NCBI RefSeq assembly: GCF_001194135.2
Contig: NC_068985.1
Span: 111,107,664 to 111,171,663 of the forward strand
DNA: 64,000 nucleotides
Origin: Octopus bimaculoides
Taxonomy: Eukaryota
Reading direction: 5' to 3'
Shown: one piece after another, positions 12,934-24,297 of the stretch
Layout of the letters: every line of letters starts with the position of its first letter
Position numbering within the stretch: the stretch's first letter is position 1
Made by a program: the position numbers and the translations under genes
Notes under the pieces: generated by a model
What the model saw: only the letters and a program-made list of their open reading frames with translations
What the model was told of the DNA's origin: nothing
The model's database searches: none

Positions 12934-12940
<7 letters not shown>
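12706..12940. mobile_element. Mariner-derived MITE (235 bp, about 85-bp TIRs, TA target)
   Basis: TA|TTGGATTAGTGCATAATTATTGCGGCTTTTTTCAACAAATTTTG ... CAAAAAAGCCGCAATAATTATGCACCAATCCAA|TA. Confidence 0.9.
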
Positions 12941-12965
<25 letters not shown>

Positions 12966-13929
12966 GCACGTAGAATTACACAAATACACACCTGTGTAGA
13001 CATAGATAAAGAGACACGTACACACAAACGCATACACAATTACACACAAACGCACACACACACACACACTCACACACACACACACACTCACACCCACACA
13101 CAAGTGTACATCGTTGACAAATTGGTATATTTGTCACCGCTGTGTAAAACTAGTCGCATTTATTCCTGCTACGTACCTTCACGCAAAAACGCGTATATCG
13201 ATCGATAAATTATTACCAAGAAAAGAACTAAAATAGATGAAAAATCAACCGTAAAACTGGAACACCGAGTTCCAGCATGACCACAATCGAAAGACTGACA
13301 CCACTAGAATAGATAAAAGAAGATATAAGCATAAATATTTTATCCCAGTCTTTGACAAATCTATTTAGTATTAGATCTACATTCCTCATATTGAAATCGT
13401 TTAAAATGTACAAAGGTTTGTGCAAACGCATATTATATTATTGACGCATAATAATATATAGATGTACATCTAACTTGGAATATGTGTTCATTTATGGCGG
13501 CATATATGCAATAGCATGCATCAGCTTTCAGCGCCTAGAAAAGCCATAAGCACATTTGATAAAATTGAGTGATGTATTTATATAATGTTAAACAGTTAAG
13601 TGCACTCACTTGATCTAACGACAGCGGATGTTGTTATTGTTGCGGCATATTCTACTGCAGTTGTTGCACATTATTGTTTGAACGAATCGCAACTGTTTTG
13701 ACATTTTAAGATTCTTTCGACAATGGACAGGATGTGAACTTCACTTCGTGTAAACACGACATGGTCGGACGCTTGATCTGCTAGAAATAGCTGCAAAATC
13801 TTATGATTTTTACAAAAAAGAGAAGATAGTAACATATAAGACAATATGGTGCTTGATATTTTTAAACAAATGAAACAGAGGATGATTACACTTGGAATCT
13901 TCTGATATTCGTTGACCTAGGGTTAAATA

Positions 13930-14135
13930 ATTGCTTCAAATTTTGGCACAAGGCCAGCAATTTCCCCTTAGGAATACGAGAGTCGATTACATCGACTCCA
14001 GTGTTAAATGGTACATGTTTTATCGATTCCGAAAGTGTCTTCGACCTCGGTGAAATTTGAACTCAGAAGGTAAAGGGGCGGAAGAAACTACACCAAGCAT
14101 TTTGTCCGATGCGCTAACGGTCCTGCTAGCTTTTA
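13930..14135 (-). mobile_element. SINE family B copy
   Basis: Reverse complement matches the + copy at 20234-20460 (GAGTTCAAATT...GTCGAT...GTACCA...GTCGATGTAATCGAC). Confidence 0.8.
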
Positions 14136-14181
14136 ATCTGGGATTATTGATTTTATTAAATAAGGGGGGGGGGGTAAATGT

Positions 14182-14440
14182 GGAGGCGCGTGGCTTAGTG
14201 GTTAGGGTGTCGGCATCACGATCGTAAGATTGTGGTTTCGATTCCTGGATCGGGCGACGCGTTCTGTTCTTGAGCAAAACACATCATTTCACGTTCCTCC
14301 AGTTCACTCAGCTGGCAAAAATGAGTAATGCTGCAATGGACTGGCGTCCTGTCCAGCTGGGGAACACATACGCCACAGAAACCGGGAAACCGGGCCCATG
14401 ATCCTGGCTAGGCTTTAAAAGGGTGCATTTATTATTTTTT
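14182..14440 (+). mobile_element. Full-length tRNA-derived SINE, family C, tail type 1
   Basis: A-box GGCTTAGTGG, B-box GGTTTCGATTCC, central TGTTCTTGAGCAAAACAC...CACTCAGCTG...AATGAGT, and an A/T-rich end. Confidence 0.88.
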
Positions 14441-14499
14441 TTAAGGGCTTAAATAAAAGTAATAATAACAAAAGCAGCAGAAACAACAACTCATAAATA

Positions 14500-14706
14500 A
14501 TTGCTACCAATTTTTGCACAAGGTCAACGATTTTAGGGAAAGAAGAAACAATCAATTGTATCGACACCAGTATTCAACTGGTACTTATTTATTGACTCCG
14601 AATGAATGACTCGGAGGAAATTGAATCCAAAGTCTGAAGAATCATGGGAAGAAATACCGCTAAGTATTGTGTTCGACGCGCTAAAGACTTAGCCAACCCA
14701 CCGCCT
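14500..14706 (-). mobile_element. SINE family B copy (diverged)
   Basis: ATCGACACCAGTATTCAACTGGTACTTATTTATTGAC...CCGCTAAGTATT...CCACCGCCT matches family B. Confidence 0.75.
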
Positions 14707-14855
14707 GAGCTGGGATTGTTGTTGTTATTTGAGTTGGGGTTAGTTAATAATGGTATAATAGTAATACTAACAAGAAAATTGCGAAGCAGATATAAAAGTG
14801 AAACAATGCATGAATTCTTCGTGCCTTGTAGTGTATGATTACATACATAAATGCG

Positions 14856-14887
<32 letters not shown>

Positions 14888-15060
14888 NNNNNNNNNNNNN
14901 NNNNNNNNNNNNNNNNNNNNNNNNNNNNNNNNNNNNNNNNNNNNNNNNNNNNNNNNNNNNNNNNNNNNNNNNNNNNNNNNNNNNNNNNNNNNNNNNNNNN
15001 NNNNNNNNNNNNNNNNNNNNNNNNNNNNNNNNNNNATATATATATATATATATATATATA

Positions 15061-15268
15061 GGGAGAATTCACAAATAAAAACAACAGACGAAGACAGGTA
15101 GTGTAGAAAACAAATAGATGTATTAGTATAACGCTCGGGAATTAAAAAGTATTTAACGTTTAAAGCCTACGCTCTTCCACAGAAAGGAACACAGAAAGGA
15201 ACACAGAAAGAAACAAAGGGAGAAACAAGGAGAGAAAAAAATGTGTAGTGGTCAGCGATCTATCATAG
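15061..15268 (-). mobile_element. ~200-bp (TA)n-anchored dispersed repeat, copy 1 (Penelope terminal-repeat-like)
   Basis: Homologous to 21915-22120. Both start (TA)nGGGAGAATTCAC and carry a hammerhead-like motif on the minus strand. Confidence 0.75.
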
Positions 15269-16149
15269 ATACATATAAATGTACACATCTACATGCATGC
15301 AAATATATATATATGTATGTGTGCGTGTTCGGTCGAAGCTTATGATTCACTCCTTCGCAACTCAGAGCTTCTTGCTAACTGCGATTCTTCAAGAGACAAA
15401 AATATGCTTTTACGTTATCCAGAGCACCACTCCTTTTGCATGGCAGTACAATACTGTTTTATGGAGATTTGGTGCCTTTCCGCCCTGCCCTCCAACCGCA
15501 TAATGGCTCATGGGTGAACGCTACAGGCTGAAGGCAGACTGGCACACTACGTGTCAATGACTGTTTCGAAATTAGCATTTCACTCAAGCATGCATATCGA
15601 AATTGCGAACAATCCAACGATTAATTCTGATTTAAGGTAGACGTTTTGGACTTCGCCCGTTGTCATGACATCTCACTGCCAGCCCTTTCCTTCTGCATGT
15701 TGCCCTCGATGACTTCATCAAAGCCACTGAAGAGTTAACCATTTGCTACGTAGACGGGATTATGTTATCAATAACAAAAGGAAATATTATCTCGATTAAA
15801 TATATCAATTAAGACCATACAAGCATTTGTTAATAACCCATTTTGGAATGCAGCATGACTTTCTTTCTGAATAAAGTAACAATCACGATTGAAACATCCT
15901 TCGTTAAAGATTTTCTTAATCACTTTTTATACTAGCATAAGGAACTTCATCAGAAGTTCTGTTACAAATACAAATGCACATTATGCATATCTCTAAACTT
16001 GCTGTAAAGAGCAATGAATTTTATCCAGTAGAGAGAATTTTATTATATCACAAGTCACGCAATTATTTCGTAATCTCAGAAAAGAAATTCGGTGAATGAT
16101 TCACACCGATGAATAGCGGCAGAGATGCGGTGAAAGAGCTACTCCACAC

Positions 16150-16497
16150 CACTGCCGCATTTCACTCATTTCTAAGGATTGCCATTCCGACACTGCTCAG
16201 ACTAGGTGGGCTGGTGGACCGGGAGACTAGGATCAAGAATGTTTTCATCATTATAAGTTTGAAAAGAAATCTAATGGAGAACGCAGAGTTTTCTATACGA
16301 TTAGAGCTAGCAAGGCTTGACCGAGCGGACGGCAAGAGATCAAACGATATCATAACATTCCCATTTTGAGGTGAAATGACAACTCTTTTATCTGGGATGC
16401 GACGCAGAATGATTCTCTTTCCAGTAGCATTCTAGCAAAATCAGCATCAGTCCCAGACTTCGTCTCTTGACCAACCGAGGATAATAGGGTTCTTATT
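16150..16497 (+). mobile_element. CRE-like non-LTR retrotransposon, restriction-like endonuclease (RLE) fragment
   Basis: RLELARLDRADGKRSNDIITFPF, then after a frameshift IWDATQNDSLSSSILAKSASVP. Matches LEPxGLxRxDGKRPDG...WDAT and the copy at 33564. Confidence 0.7.
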
Positions 16498-16817
16498 GCC
16501 ACTTCGTCGGTTATGACGACGTGAGTTCCATTTGATCCGATCAACAGAACAGCCTCATCGTAAAATTAACGTGTAGGTGACTGAGCGCTCTACAGACACG
16601 TATACCGTTAGTATAGTTCTCAGGGAGATTTAGCGTGACAGAGAATGTGACAAGGCTGGCTCTTTCAAATACAGGCACAACTCAATTTTGCCCGCTGAGG
16701 AGGATTAGAGCAACGTGAAATAAAGTGTCTTGCCCAAGGACACAATGTGCCACCAGGAAACTAACTCTCGACTTAACGGCTGAGCAATTAGCCTAACTAC
16801 TAAGCCACGTGCCTTCA
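16498..16817 (-). mobile_element. Full-length SINE, family C head with tail type 2
   Basis: Same head and central domain as 14182 up to TTGAGT, then a different tail ending GATCGGATCAAATGGAACTCACGTCGTCATAACCGACG that is shared with 33290-33422. Confidence 0.85.
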
Positions 16818-16829
16818 CTGAATCGCAAG

Positions 16830-17020
16830 GTTTACAAAGTTCTGGATAGTTATCGTTAAATTCCTTTTCAAACTTATAACAATGGAAGCATCTGGAGCCC
16901 TGCCCTCTCTCCGGTTCACCAACTTTACCAGTCTGAACGCTGTAAGGATGGTAATTCTTATAAATGCGCTGTATGACCGAATAGCAGTCTCAGCACTTCT
17001 CCGGTGGCATTCCACAGTAT
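16830..17020 (-). mobile_element. Second CRE-like fragment, an inverted homologue of 16150-16300
   Basis: Nucleotide and peptide similarity: AFIRITILTAFRL...IVISLKRNL versus SFLRIAIPTLLRL...IIISLKRNL. Confidence 0.6.
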
Positions 17021-17119
17021 AAATCAGTTTATTTAGTGGGGCCACGAAATAATTGCATGACTAGCTGTGATATAATCCTTTATACTAAAGACAAAAGATT
17101 GAAGATTTCTAAGGCTGGG

Positions 17120-17292
17120 ACTAGCCGATTACATCGATCCCAGTTCTCAAACGGTACTTATATTTCATCGATCGCGAAAGGATAAAAGCAAAATAGAACT
17201 CAGCAGGATTTTAACCCGGATCGTTTAGATGGACAAAATATCGCTAAGCATTTGGTACGGCGTTCTAACGACTGTGCTACCTCGCTTCTTTT
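17120..17292 (-). mobile_element. SINE family B copy
   Basis: CGATTACATCGATCCCAG...GGTACTTA...AAAGGATAAAAGCAAA...CGCTAAGCATT. Confidence 0.8.
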
Positions 17293-19379
17293 AGCTGTGA
17301 TATAATAAAATTATTTTACTTATTCGGTGTACGCATTAGAAGCAGTATTAAATTAAAATAATCATCTACGTATCATGTTTAACGTTGCGTATACAGGATT
17401 TTTATTCCGGTTGGCAGCTATTTGCAACATCAGTGAATGTTTAATTCTCTTTTTGCTGTATCAGACGCGAGAAATTCTCGTCTAAGCACATGGCTAACCG
17501 CGGGTACAGGCCATTGAAATACTCAAGATGCTGAAATGCATCTTGCGTTTTCGCTGACCGTTGCTGGGACGAATTTCCGTCTTCCTCTGATATTATTTTT
17601 CGTTTTATAAACACAACAATTCCATAAATGATATTATTTCGGGACAAATACTGCAATAACTGGCCTATCAACCATGTGTGTACATAAAATATGAAATATA
17701 CATAGCTAGTTTTGCCAAAAAAAAATAATACTCTGATTTTAGTTTTACAGCTGTATTTGAACAATACTTATAATCAAGCTCATCCCCATATCAAATATAA
17801 TGGTGAAACTCTAAAATCAAAGATGTTTCATCCGTGACTGTTCTATGTATTTCTCATATACGATATATGTAAGATTACATCACACAGCCCGTCCTTTGTG
17901 AGTTTTTTTTTTCTGAAGTGGTTCTCATTTTGTTTGGGTCAATCCTTGTTTTCCTCGATACACTTATGGCTACTGAATCGATTAAAGCAGTTGTTGTTCG
18001 GATATTTTGTTTCCGGGGACAGGGCCTTGTTAAGTATAGTCATTCTTTCGCAGGACTGTTTATTTGTGTGAAGTACGGACAGAGGTTTCAGTTGGTCTAT
18101 ATTCATGGGTTTTTGCTATTCTATCTTCTAGTTTCTTTATTGCTTCCATTAGATTCTTTCCAATGTTAACTCTGATTGATCTATTATACCTATTTATTCT
18201 GTTTGTTATTAAGTGTGGGGTCAAAGTTAAGTTTTTTCCTTCTAGCTGGGTTGAATGTTTCAATAGAGACATGTGTGGTTTTCATACGCATTTTAGATTT
18301 TAGTTTTTTTTCCCTTTATTTTCTTATATTTTCTTTGCTCTACCGCTTAGATTTATTTTTTCATATATAGTGAGTTCTATCGTATTTTCACTGTATTTTC
18401 AGAGCTCGTTCATTGTATACGTAGTGGTTTCTGTTCTGTTATATACTTTCTTTTGTAAAGGCTTATATGTTTTGTGTATAATACATTCTACAATAATGCT
18501 TTCATTTAGGATGTGAAAGCTTATCTTTTTGCGTGTGTGATCTCATATTTCGTTATATTTTCAGTATGTATTTACGTAGATATTCTTTTCCTGTTAATAG
18601 CATTTTTATTGATTATGAATATACATATATATTCGCGAGTCTGGGTACATTTTTTTCTTCTTCTAACTTCTCTTTTCTGCTCAATACCGCCTACGTGATG
18701 CTCGTGTATCAGATATAATATGGTTGTATTGTAAGTATATAAGGGTAGCACATCAATTGTTCATTTGTCCAACGCTTTCTTTTTAATCTAATTTTTATAT
18801 TATTGGAAGCTAGTAATACGAGGCGGGTATTTTGTTGAGAGTTAACCTTTAGAGAAGACACCGGTTCTTAATGTTGCATTAATTTCGTAGCGTGCTCGCA
18901 TTGAACTCACATTAAAACATTTATCATACCTCCTTAAATAGATGCTAATTTTTTTTTTCTTTTGTTAATAAAGTTGGTTGTATGTTATTGAGAGATTTTC
19001 AACTTTGAAGATGACCGGAAACTCGCCTCAAACTTATTCTCAAACGCAGAGTCCAACAAGCAGACGACAAGCTGACCGAAGAAATTCATTTCCTTAATAC
19101 TATTCGTGAACAACAGATTTGGCAAGCTCTCTCTGGCGGCGCAAAAGGTAAAACAGAAAAGAGAGCTCCCCACCACAAAGAAAAAAATTGACCTAACGAA
19201 AAAGTAAAGAAAACATCCACGACGAACAACGCCGTGGCTTTTACGATTCGTGATATACTAGACAAAGGACTTCATTTTAATCACCTCCATTTTGAGACAA
19301 ATCAAGTGTAGAGTAGTGTAGCCTTCGATAATGTAGAAGATGAGAAGCGTAAGGAGCTTGTGAGAATTATCTCTGATGC

Positions 19380-19443
19380 AATTTTTTATTTATTTATGCG
19401 CCCCTTTTAAAGCCTAGCCAGGCTCATGGGCCCGGTTTACCGG
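19380..19443 (-). mobile_element. 3' end of a SINE family C tail type 1 copy, running into an assembly gap
   Basis: Reverse complement of CCGGGCCCATGAxCCTGGCTAGGCTTTAAAAGGG seen at 14390-14425. Confidence 0.85.
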
Positions 19444-20233
19444 NNNNNNNNNNNNNNNNNNNNNNNNNNNNNNNNNNNNNNNNNNNNNNNNNNNNNNNNN
19501 NNNNNNNNNNNNNNNNNNNNNNNNNNNNNNNNNNNNNNNNNNNNNNNNNNNNNNNNNNNNNNNNNNNNNNNNNNNNNNNNNNNNNNNNNNNNNNNNNNNN
19601 NNNNNNNNNNNNNNNNNNNNNNNNNNNNNNNNNNNNNNNNNNNNNNNNNNNNNNNNNNNNNNNNNNNNNNNNNNNNNNNNNNNNNNNNNNNNNNNNNNNN
19701 NNNNNNNNNNNNNNNNNNNNNNNNNNNNNNNNNNNNNNNNNNNNNNNNNNNNNNNNNNNNNNNNNNNNNNNNNNNNNNNNNNNNNNNNNNNNNNNNNNNN
19801 NNNNNNNNNNNNNNNNNNNNNNNNNNNNNNNNNNNNNNNNNNNNNNNNNNNNNNNNNNNNNNNNNNNNNNNNNNNNNNNNNNNNNNNNNNNNNNNNNNNN
19901 NNNNNNNNNNNNNNNNNNNNNNNNNNNNNNNNNNNNNNNNNNNNNNNNNNNNNNNNNNNNNNNNNNNNNNNNNNNNNNNNNNNNNNNNNNNNNNNNNNNN
20001 NNNNNNNNNNNNNNNNNNNNNNNNNNNNNNNNNNNNNNNNNNNNNNNNNNNNNNNNNNNNNNNNNNNNNNNNNNNNNTGTATACCGTATTTCATGACAGA
20101 AAAAGTGCACGGCCGTATTAGGCCTCGGAGTCGATAAATTTAGTACCAGTTGAACACCGGGGTAATCGACTTATCAGTTCCACCAAAATTGCTAGCAATG
20201 TACCAAGATTTGAAGCTATTCTTCTTCCTGTTG

Positions 20234-20460
20234 TTAAGGCGGTGAGCCGGCAGAATTGTGAGCACGCCGGGTGAAATGCTTAGCGGTATTTCGTCTGCCG
20301 CTACGTTCCGAGTTGAAATTCCGCCGCGATCCACTTTGCCTTTCATCCTTTTGGGATCGATAAACTAAGTACCAGTGAAGTACTGGGGTCGATGAGATCG
20401 ATGAGATCGATTTACCCCCTCCACCAAGATCTCAGGCCTTCTGCTTATAATAGAAAGGAT
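20234..20460 (+). mobile_element. SINE family B, near full-length
   Basis: AAGGCGGTGAGCCGGCAGAATTG...GAGTTGAAATTCCGCC...CTTTGCCTTTCATCC...GTACCAG...GGTCGAT, repeated many times in the window. Confidence 0.85.
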
Positions 20461-21914
20461 CATTATCGATGTTGTTTTAATAGTGTAATAGTGAGTGTGA
20501 TACGGTGATCGTTACAAAGACGAAGAACGCTGATATGATGATGATGACGATGATGATGATGATGATGATGACAGTTCTATTAAGACATTGCGTGTGTGAG
20601 CGTGTATGTGTGAGCACGTGCGCGCGCGCGTGTCAGTAAATCGACGAGTCTGCCGAAAATTTGAAGATGGTGAAAAATCAGTTTTAATTTGCACAATTAG
20701 ATTGGAATTCGATCGAAACGCATCACATTGGCACCATCGTGTCCAAACCCCAACCCGACCTGACAATCAACAGTTGCAGCATCATCAGTATCAACGCCAC
20801 CACCACCATCACCACCACCACCACCATCACCACCACCACCACCATCACCACCACCATCGTTATCATCGCCTTCAAGTCCACCGTCAACATCTTTACAATC
20901 CTCATTAGCATCACCATCGTCACCACCTTCAAGATAACCACCACTACCACCACCACCACCACCACCACGATCACCACCATCCTCTCCACACTACACAGTC
21001 ATACTACCGTCAACCTTATATTCACCACCACCACCACCACCATCAACTTCACCATCTCTTTCACAACTTTACCACTATAACAATCATCACTACGAGCGCT
21101 ACCAGCGCCTCCNNNNNNNNNNNNNNNNNNNNNNNNNNNNNNNNNNNNNNNNNNNNNNNNNNNNNNNNNNNNNNNNNNNNNNNNNNNNNNNNNNNNNNNN
21201 NNNNNNNNNNNNNNNNNNNNNNNNNNNNNNNNNNNNNNNNNNNNNNNNNNNNNNNNNNNNNNNNNNNNNNNNNNNNNNNNNNNNNNNNNNNNNNNNNNNN
21301 NNNNNNNNNNNNNNNNNNNNNNNNNNNNNNNNNNNNNNNNNNNNNNNNNNNNNNNNNNNNNNNNNNNNNNNNNNNNNNNNNNNNNNNNNNNNNNNNNNNN
21401 NNNNNNNNNNNNNNNNNNNNNNNNNNNNNNNNNNNNNNNNNNNNNNNNNNNNNNNNNNNNNNNNNNNNNNNNNNNNNNNNNNNNNNNNNNNNNNNNNNNN
21501 NNNNNNNNNNNNNNNNNNNNNNNNNNNNNNNNNNNNNNNNNNNNNNNNNNNNNNNNNNNNNNNNNNNNNNNNNNNNNNNNNNNNNNNNNNNNNNNNNNNN
21601 NNNNNNNNNNNNNNNNNNNNNNNNNNNNNNNNNNNNNNNNNNNNNNNNNNNNNNNNNNNNNNNNNNNNNNNNNNNNNNNNNNNNNNNNNNNNNNNNNNNN
21701 NNNNNNNNNNNNNNNNNNNNNNNNNNNNNNNNNNNNNNNNNNNNNNNNNNNNNNNNNNNNNNNNNNNNNNNNNNNNNNNNNNNNNNNNNNNNNNNNNNNN
21801 NNNNNNNNNNNNNNNNNNNNNNNNNNNNNNNNNNNNNNNNNNNNNNNNNNNNNNNNNNNNNNNNNNNNNNNNNNNNNNNNNNNNNNNNNNNNNNNNNNNN
21901 NNNNNNATATATAT

Positions 21915-22120
21915 AGGGAGAATTCACAAACAAATAAAAGACGACGAAGACAGGTGGTGTAGAAAACAAACAAATGTATTAGTATAACGCTCGGTAATTG
22001 TAAAAGTCTTTAACGTTTCGAGCCTACGCTCTTCCACAGAATGGAACACAGCAAGAAACAAGGAGAGAAACAAGCAGAGAAAAAAAATGTGTGTAGTGGT
22101 TAGCGATCTATCATGGCGAA
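21915..22120 (-). mobile_element. ~200-bp (TA)n-anchored dispersed repeat, copy 2, with a hammerhead-like motif at 22006-22044
   Basis: Homologous to 15061-15268. Minus strand reads CTGTGGA-A-GAGC-GTAG-GCTC-GAAA-CGTT-AAAGAC. Confidence 0.75.
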
Positions 22121-22349
22121 TATATATATATAAATATATGAGAGGTATTGGTATCCAGAAGACCCAGGATGGCAGGTATGGCGATGTAAGTGCCACGGCG
22201 TATCCTAGTTAGATTCTCGGTTCGATAATGATACGAGTGAGGAGTCTAATGCGGGTCTTGTGTGAGCATGTATGTGTTAAATAAAATAAAATGAGAGAAC
22301 CAAATCGAAGCTGTGTGGAATTTATAAGACATTTATAAATAGAAAGGTA

Positions 22350-22397
22350 GTCTTACAGCTGTTTCTGCGATATTAGGGACATCCCTTCGTCAGAGAC
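22350..22397 (-). ncRNA. Minimal hammerhead-ribozyme-like motif (Penelope-type)
   Basis: GTCT-CTGACGA-AGGGATGTCCCTAATATCGCA-GAAA-CAGCTG-TA-AGAC: canonical core, helix I GTCT/AGAC, palindromic helix III ACAGCTGT, and a GUA cleavage triplet. Confidence 0.5.
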
Positions 22398-22728
22398 GAT
22401 ACGAGACATTTAAGTAGAGGGAAATAGTAGAATTCAATACAAGGAGTTATTTTGGAAAAGAGGGATAGACGAGGTAAAAAGGGAAATAAGAGACTAAAAA
22501 TTAAAATAAGGATATATGTAGGATGTTACAGTTGCAGTTCCATTATCCAAGGAAAGTGCTGTGTAGAATGGGTAGAAATACTTCTTGTCCGTGGTACGTA
22601 GATTCCGATAGGAGTTCATATTTTGTTATTACGAGTGGATAGTGTAGAGACACCACAAGGCCCGTTTGAATGAATAACACATAGAATTGATGTCTCCACA
22701 CTACACACTCACACACACACACAAACAC

Positions 22729-23177
22729 ATGGTTATGGGTTTAGTCCCACTGGGTGGCACCTTGGGCTAGTGTCTTCTTCTGTAGCCTCAGACCGACTAG
22801 AGCCTTGTGAGTGGATTTAGTAGACAGAAACTGAGAGAATCCCTAAATATATACATATATTTACACACACACACACACAGATATATATATATATATATAT
22901 ATGTATANNNNNNNNNNNNNNNNNNNNNNNNNNNNNNNNNNNNNNNNNNNNNNNNNNNNNNNNNNNNNNNNNNNNNNNNNNNNNNNNNNNNNNNNNNNNN
23001 NNNNNNNNNNNNNNNNNNNNNNNNNNNNNNNNNNNNNNNNNNNNNNNNNNNNNNNNNNNNNNNNNNNNNNNNNNNNNNNNNNNNNNNNNNNNNNNNNNNN
23101 NNNNNNNNNNNNNNNNNNNNNNNNNNNNNNNNNNNNNNNNNNNNNNNNNNNNNNNNNNNNNNNNNNNNNNNNNNNNN

Positions 23178-23215
<38 letters not shown>

Positions 23216-23300
23216 GGTGTGTGTCTTTGTGTCTGTGTTTTTACATCCCCACCATCACTTGACAACCGATGTTGTCAAGTCCCCGTAAGTTAGCAGATGA
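22729..23300 (+). mobile_element. SINE family A copy (partial), internal microsatellite containing a gap
   Basis: AGTCCCACTGGGTGGCACCTTGGGC...GCCTTGTGAGTGGATTT...(microsatellite/N)...CACTTGACAACCGATG. Confidence 0.85.
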
Positions 23301-23922
23301 AAAATGTTTCACGCAATTTAGATAGCGTTAAATATTCCACACTTTTACTCTGTTGAACATTTGAGGTCCATTCATGTGTTTGTTTAATTCAAATAAACCT
23401 ACATTTATGACACCTACTACCCGTTGAGTTCTTTTATTCTCTCAGTCATTGAATATATCTATGTAATGTTCGAAAAAAACAATTATTTTGCCTTCGTCCT
23501 TCCGTTTTCATCTTTTCTGTAACTCTTGACCAATTAAAACGGTGCGCCAGATAGAAAAATGGAGACTTGGAAACAACTGATGAAACACGTACAGAATAAC
23601 CACGCCACACATACACAGACAAGCACCCCACACATACACACACACACGCATACACACACACACACATAGCTAAGGAAAGATTAGAGACAAATGAATCAAC
23701 GAAAGTAACCAGAACAGAGAATCACTAAACTGTTGTAAGAGGATCCCGACGTACATTATTCACTTACAAGACGCCGAAGCTACTTTCCACTACATTTCTA
23801 AAAAGCATTTTTTTTCTTGGTGATTTATAAAACGGTAAGTTTATATACCAAATCAGTAATAATACCAATAACGGTATTATACCGTGTGGCTGAGTGCGTT
23901 CAGTTACTGCATTTGGTTTAAT

Positions 23923-23961
23923 AACTTCTGATGAGATAGATAGTCAGCGAAACGTTAAGAT
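23923..23961 (+). ncRNA. Minimal hammerhead-ribozyme-like motif, weak helix II
   Basis: AACTT-CTGATGA-GATAGATAGTCAGC-GAAA-CGTT-AAGAT: canonical core, ACGT palindrome, helix I CTT/AAG. Confidence 0.4.
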
Positions 23962-24297
23962 GGTTCATACGATAAATTATGTCAAGTAATCTCTGCTTTT
24001 GTTGTGGCAGCTTGAGGTTAATTCTTGTTTGTTGTTTAATCATACAAATACATTAGCGTTCATGCTCACAAACGCGCACACAAACACTCACAGCACACAC
24101 ATACATACTCAACGCTGGTGTTCACAAATTAGTTAAAGTACTCGATACGTGATTTGTGTGTGTTTGTGTTTGTGTGTGTGTGTTTGTATGTGTGTGTATG
24201 TGTGTGTGCGTGCATATACATACGCAGTTACACACATTTATCTATTATATAAATCTGCGCCTAACCCGCGTAAATTTCTTTGCTTGAAATGTTTAGT

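Noticed and set aside
13228-13431. Hydrophobic ORF with a good acceptor (candidate membrane-protein exon)
   Set aside because: The exon-like part (13260-13305) matches the family A SINE tail CCAGCATGGCCACAGTCAAATGACTGA.
14182-14255. Possible tRNA gene
   Set aside because: A and B boxes are present, but there is no closed cloverleaf and the sequence continues into a SINE body.
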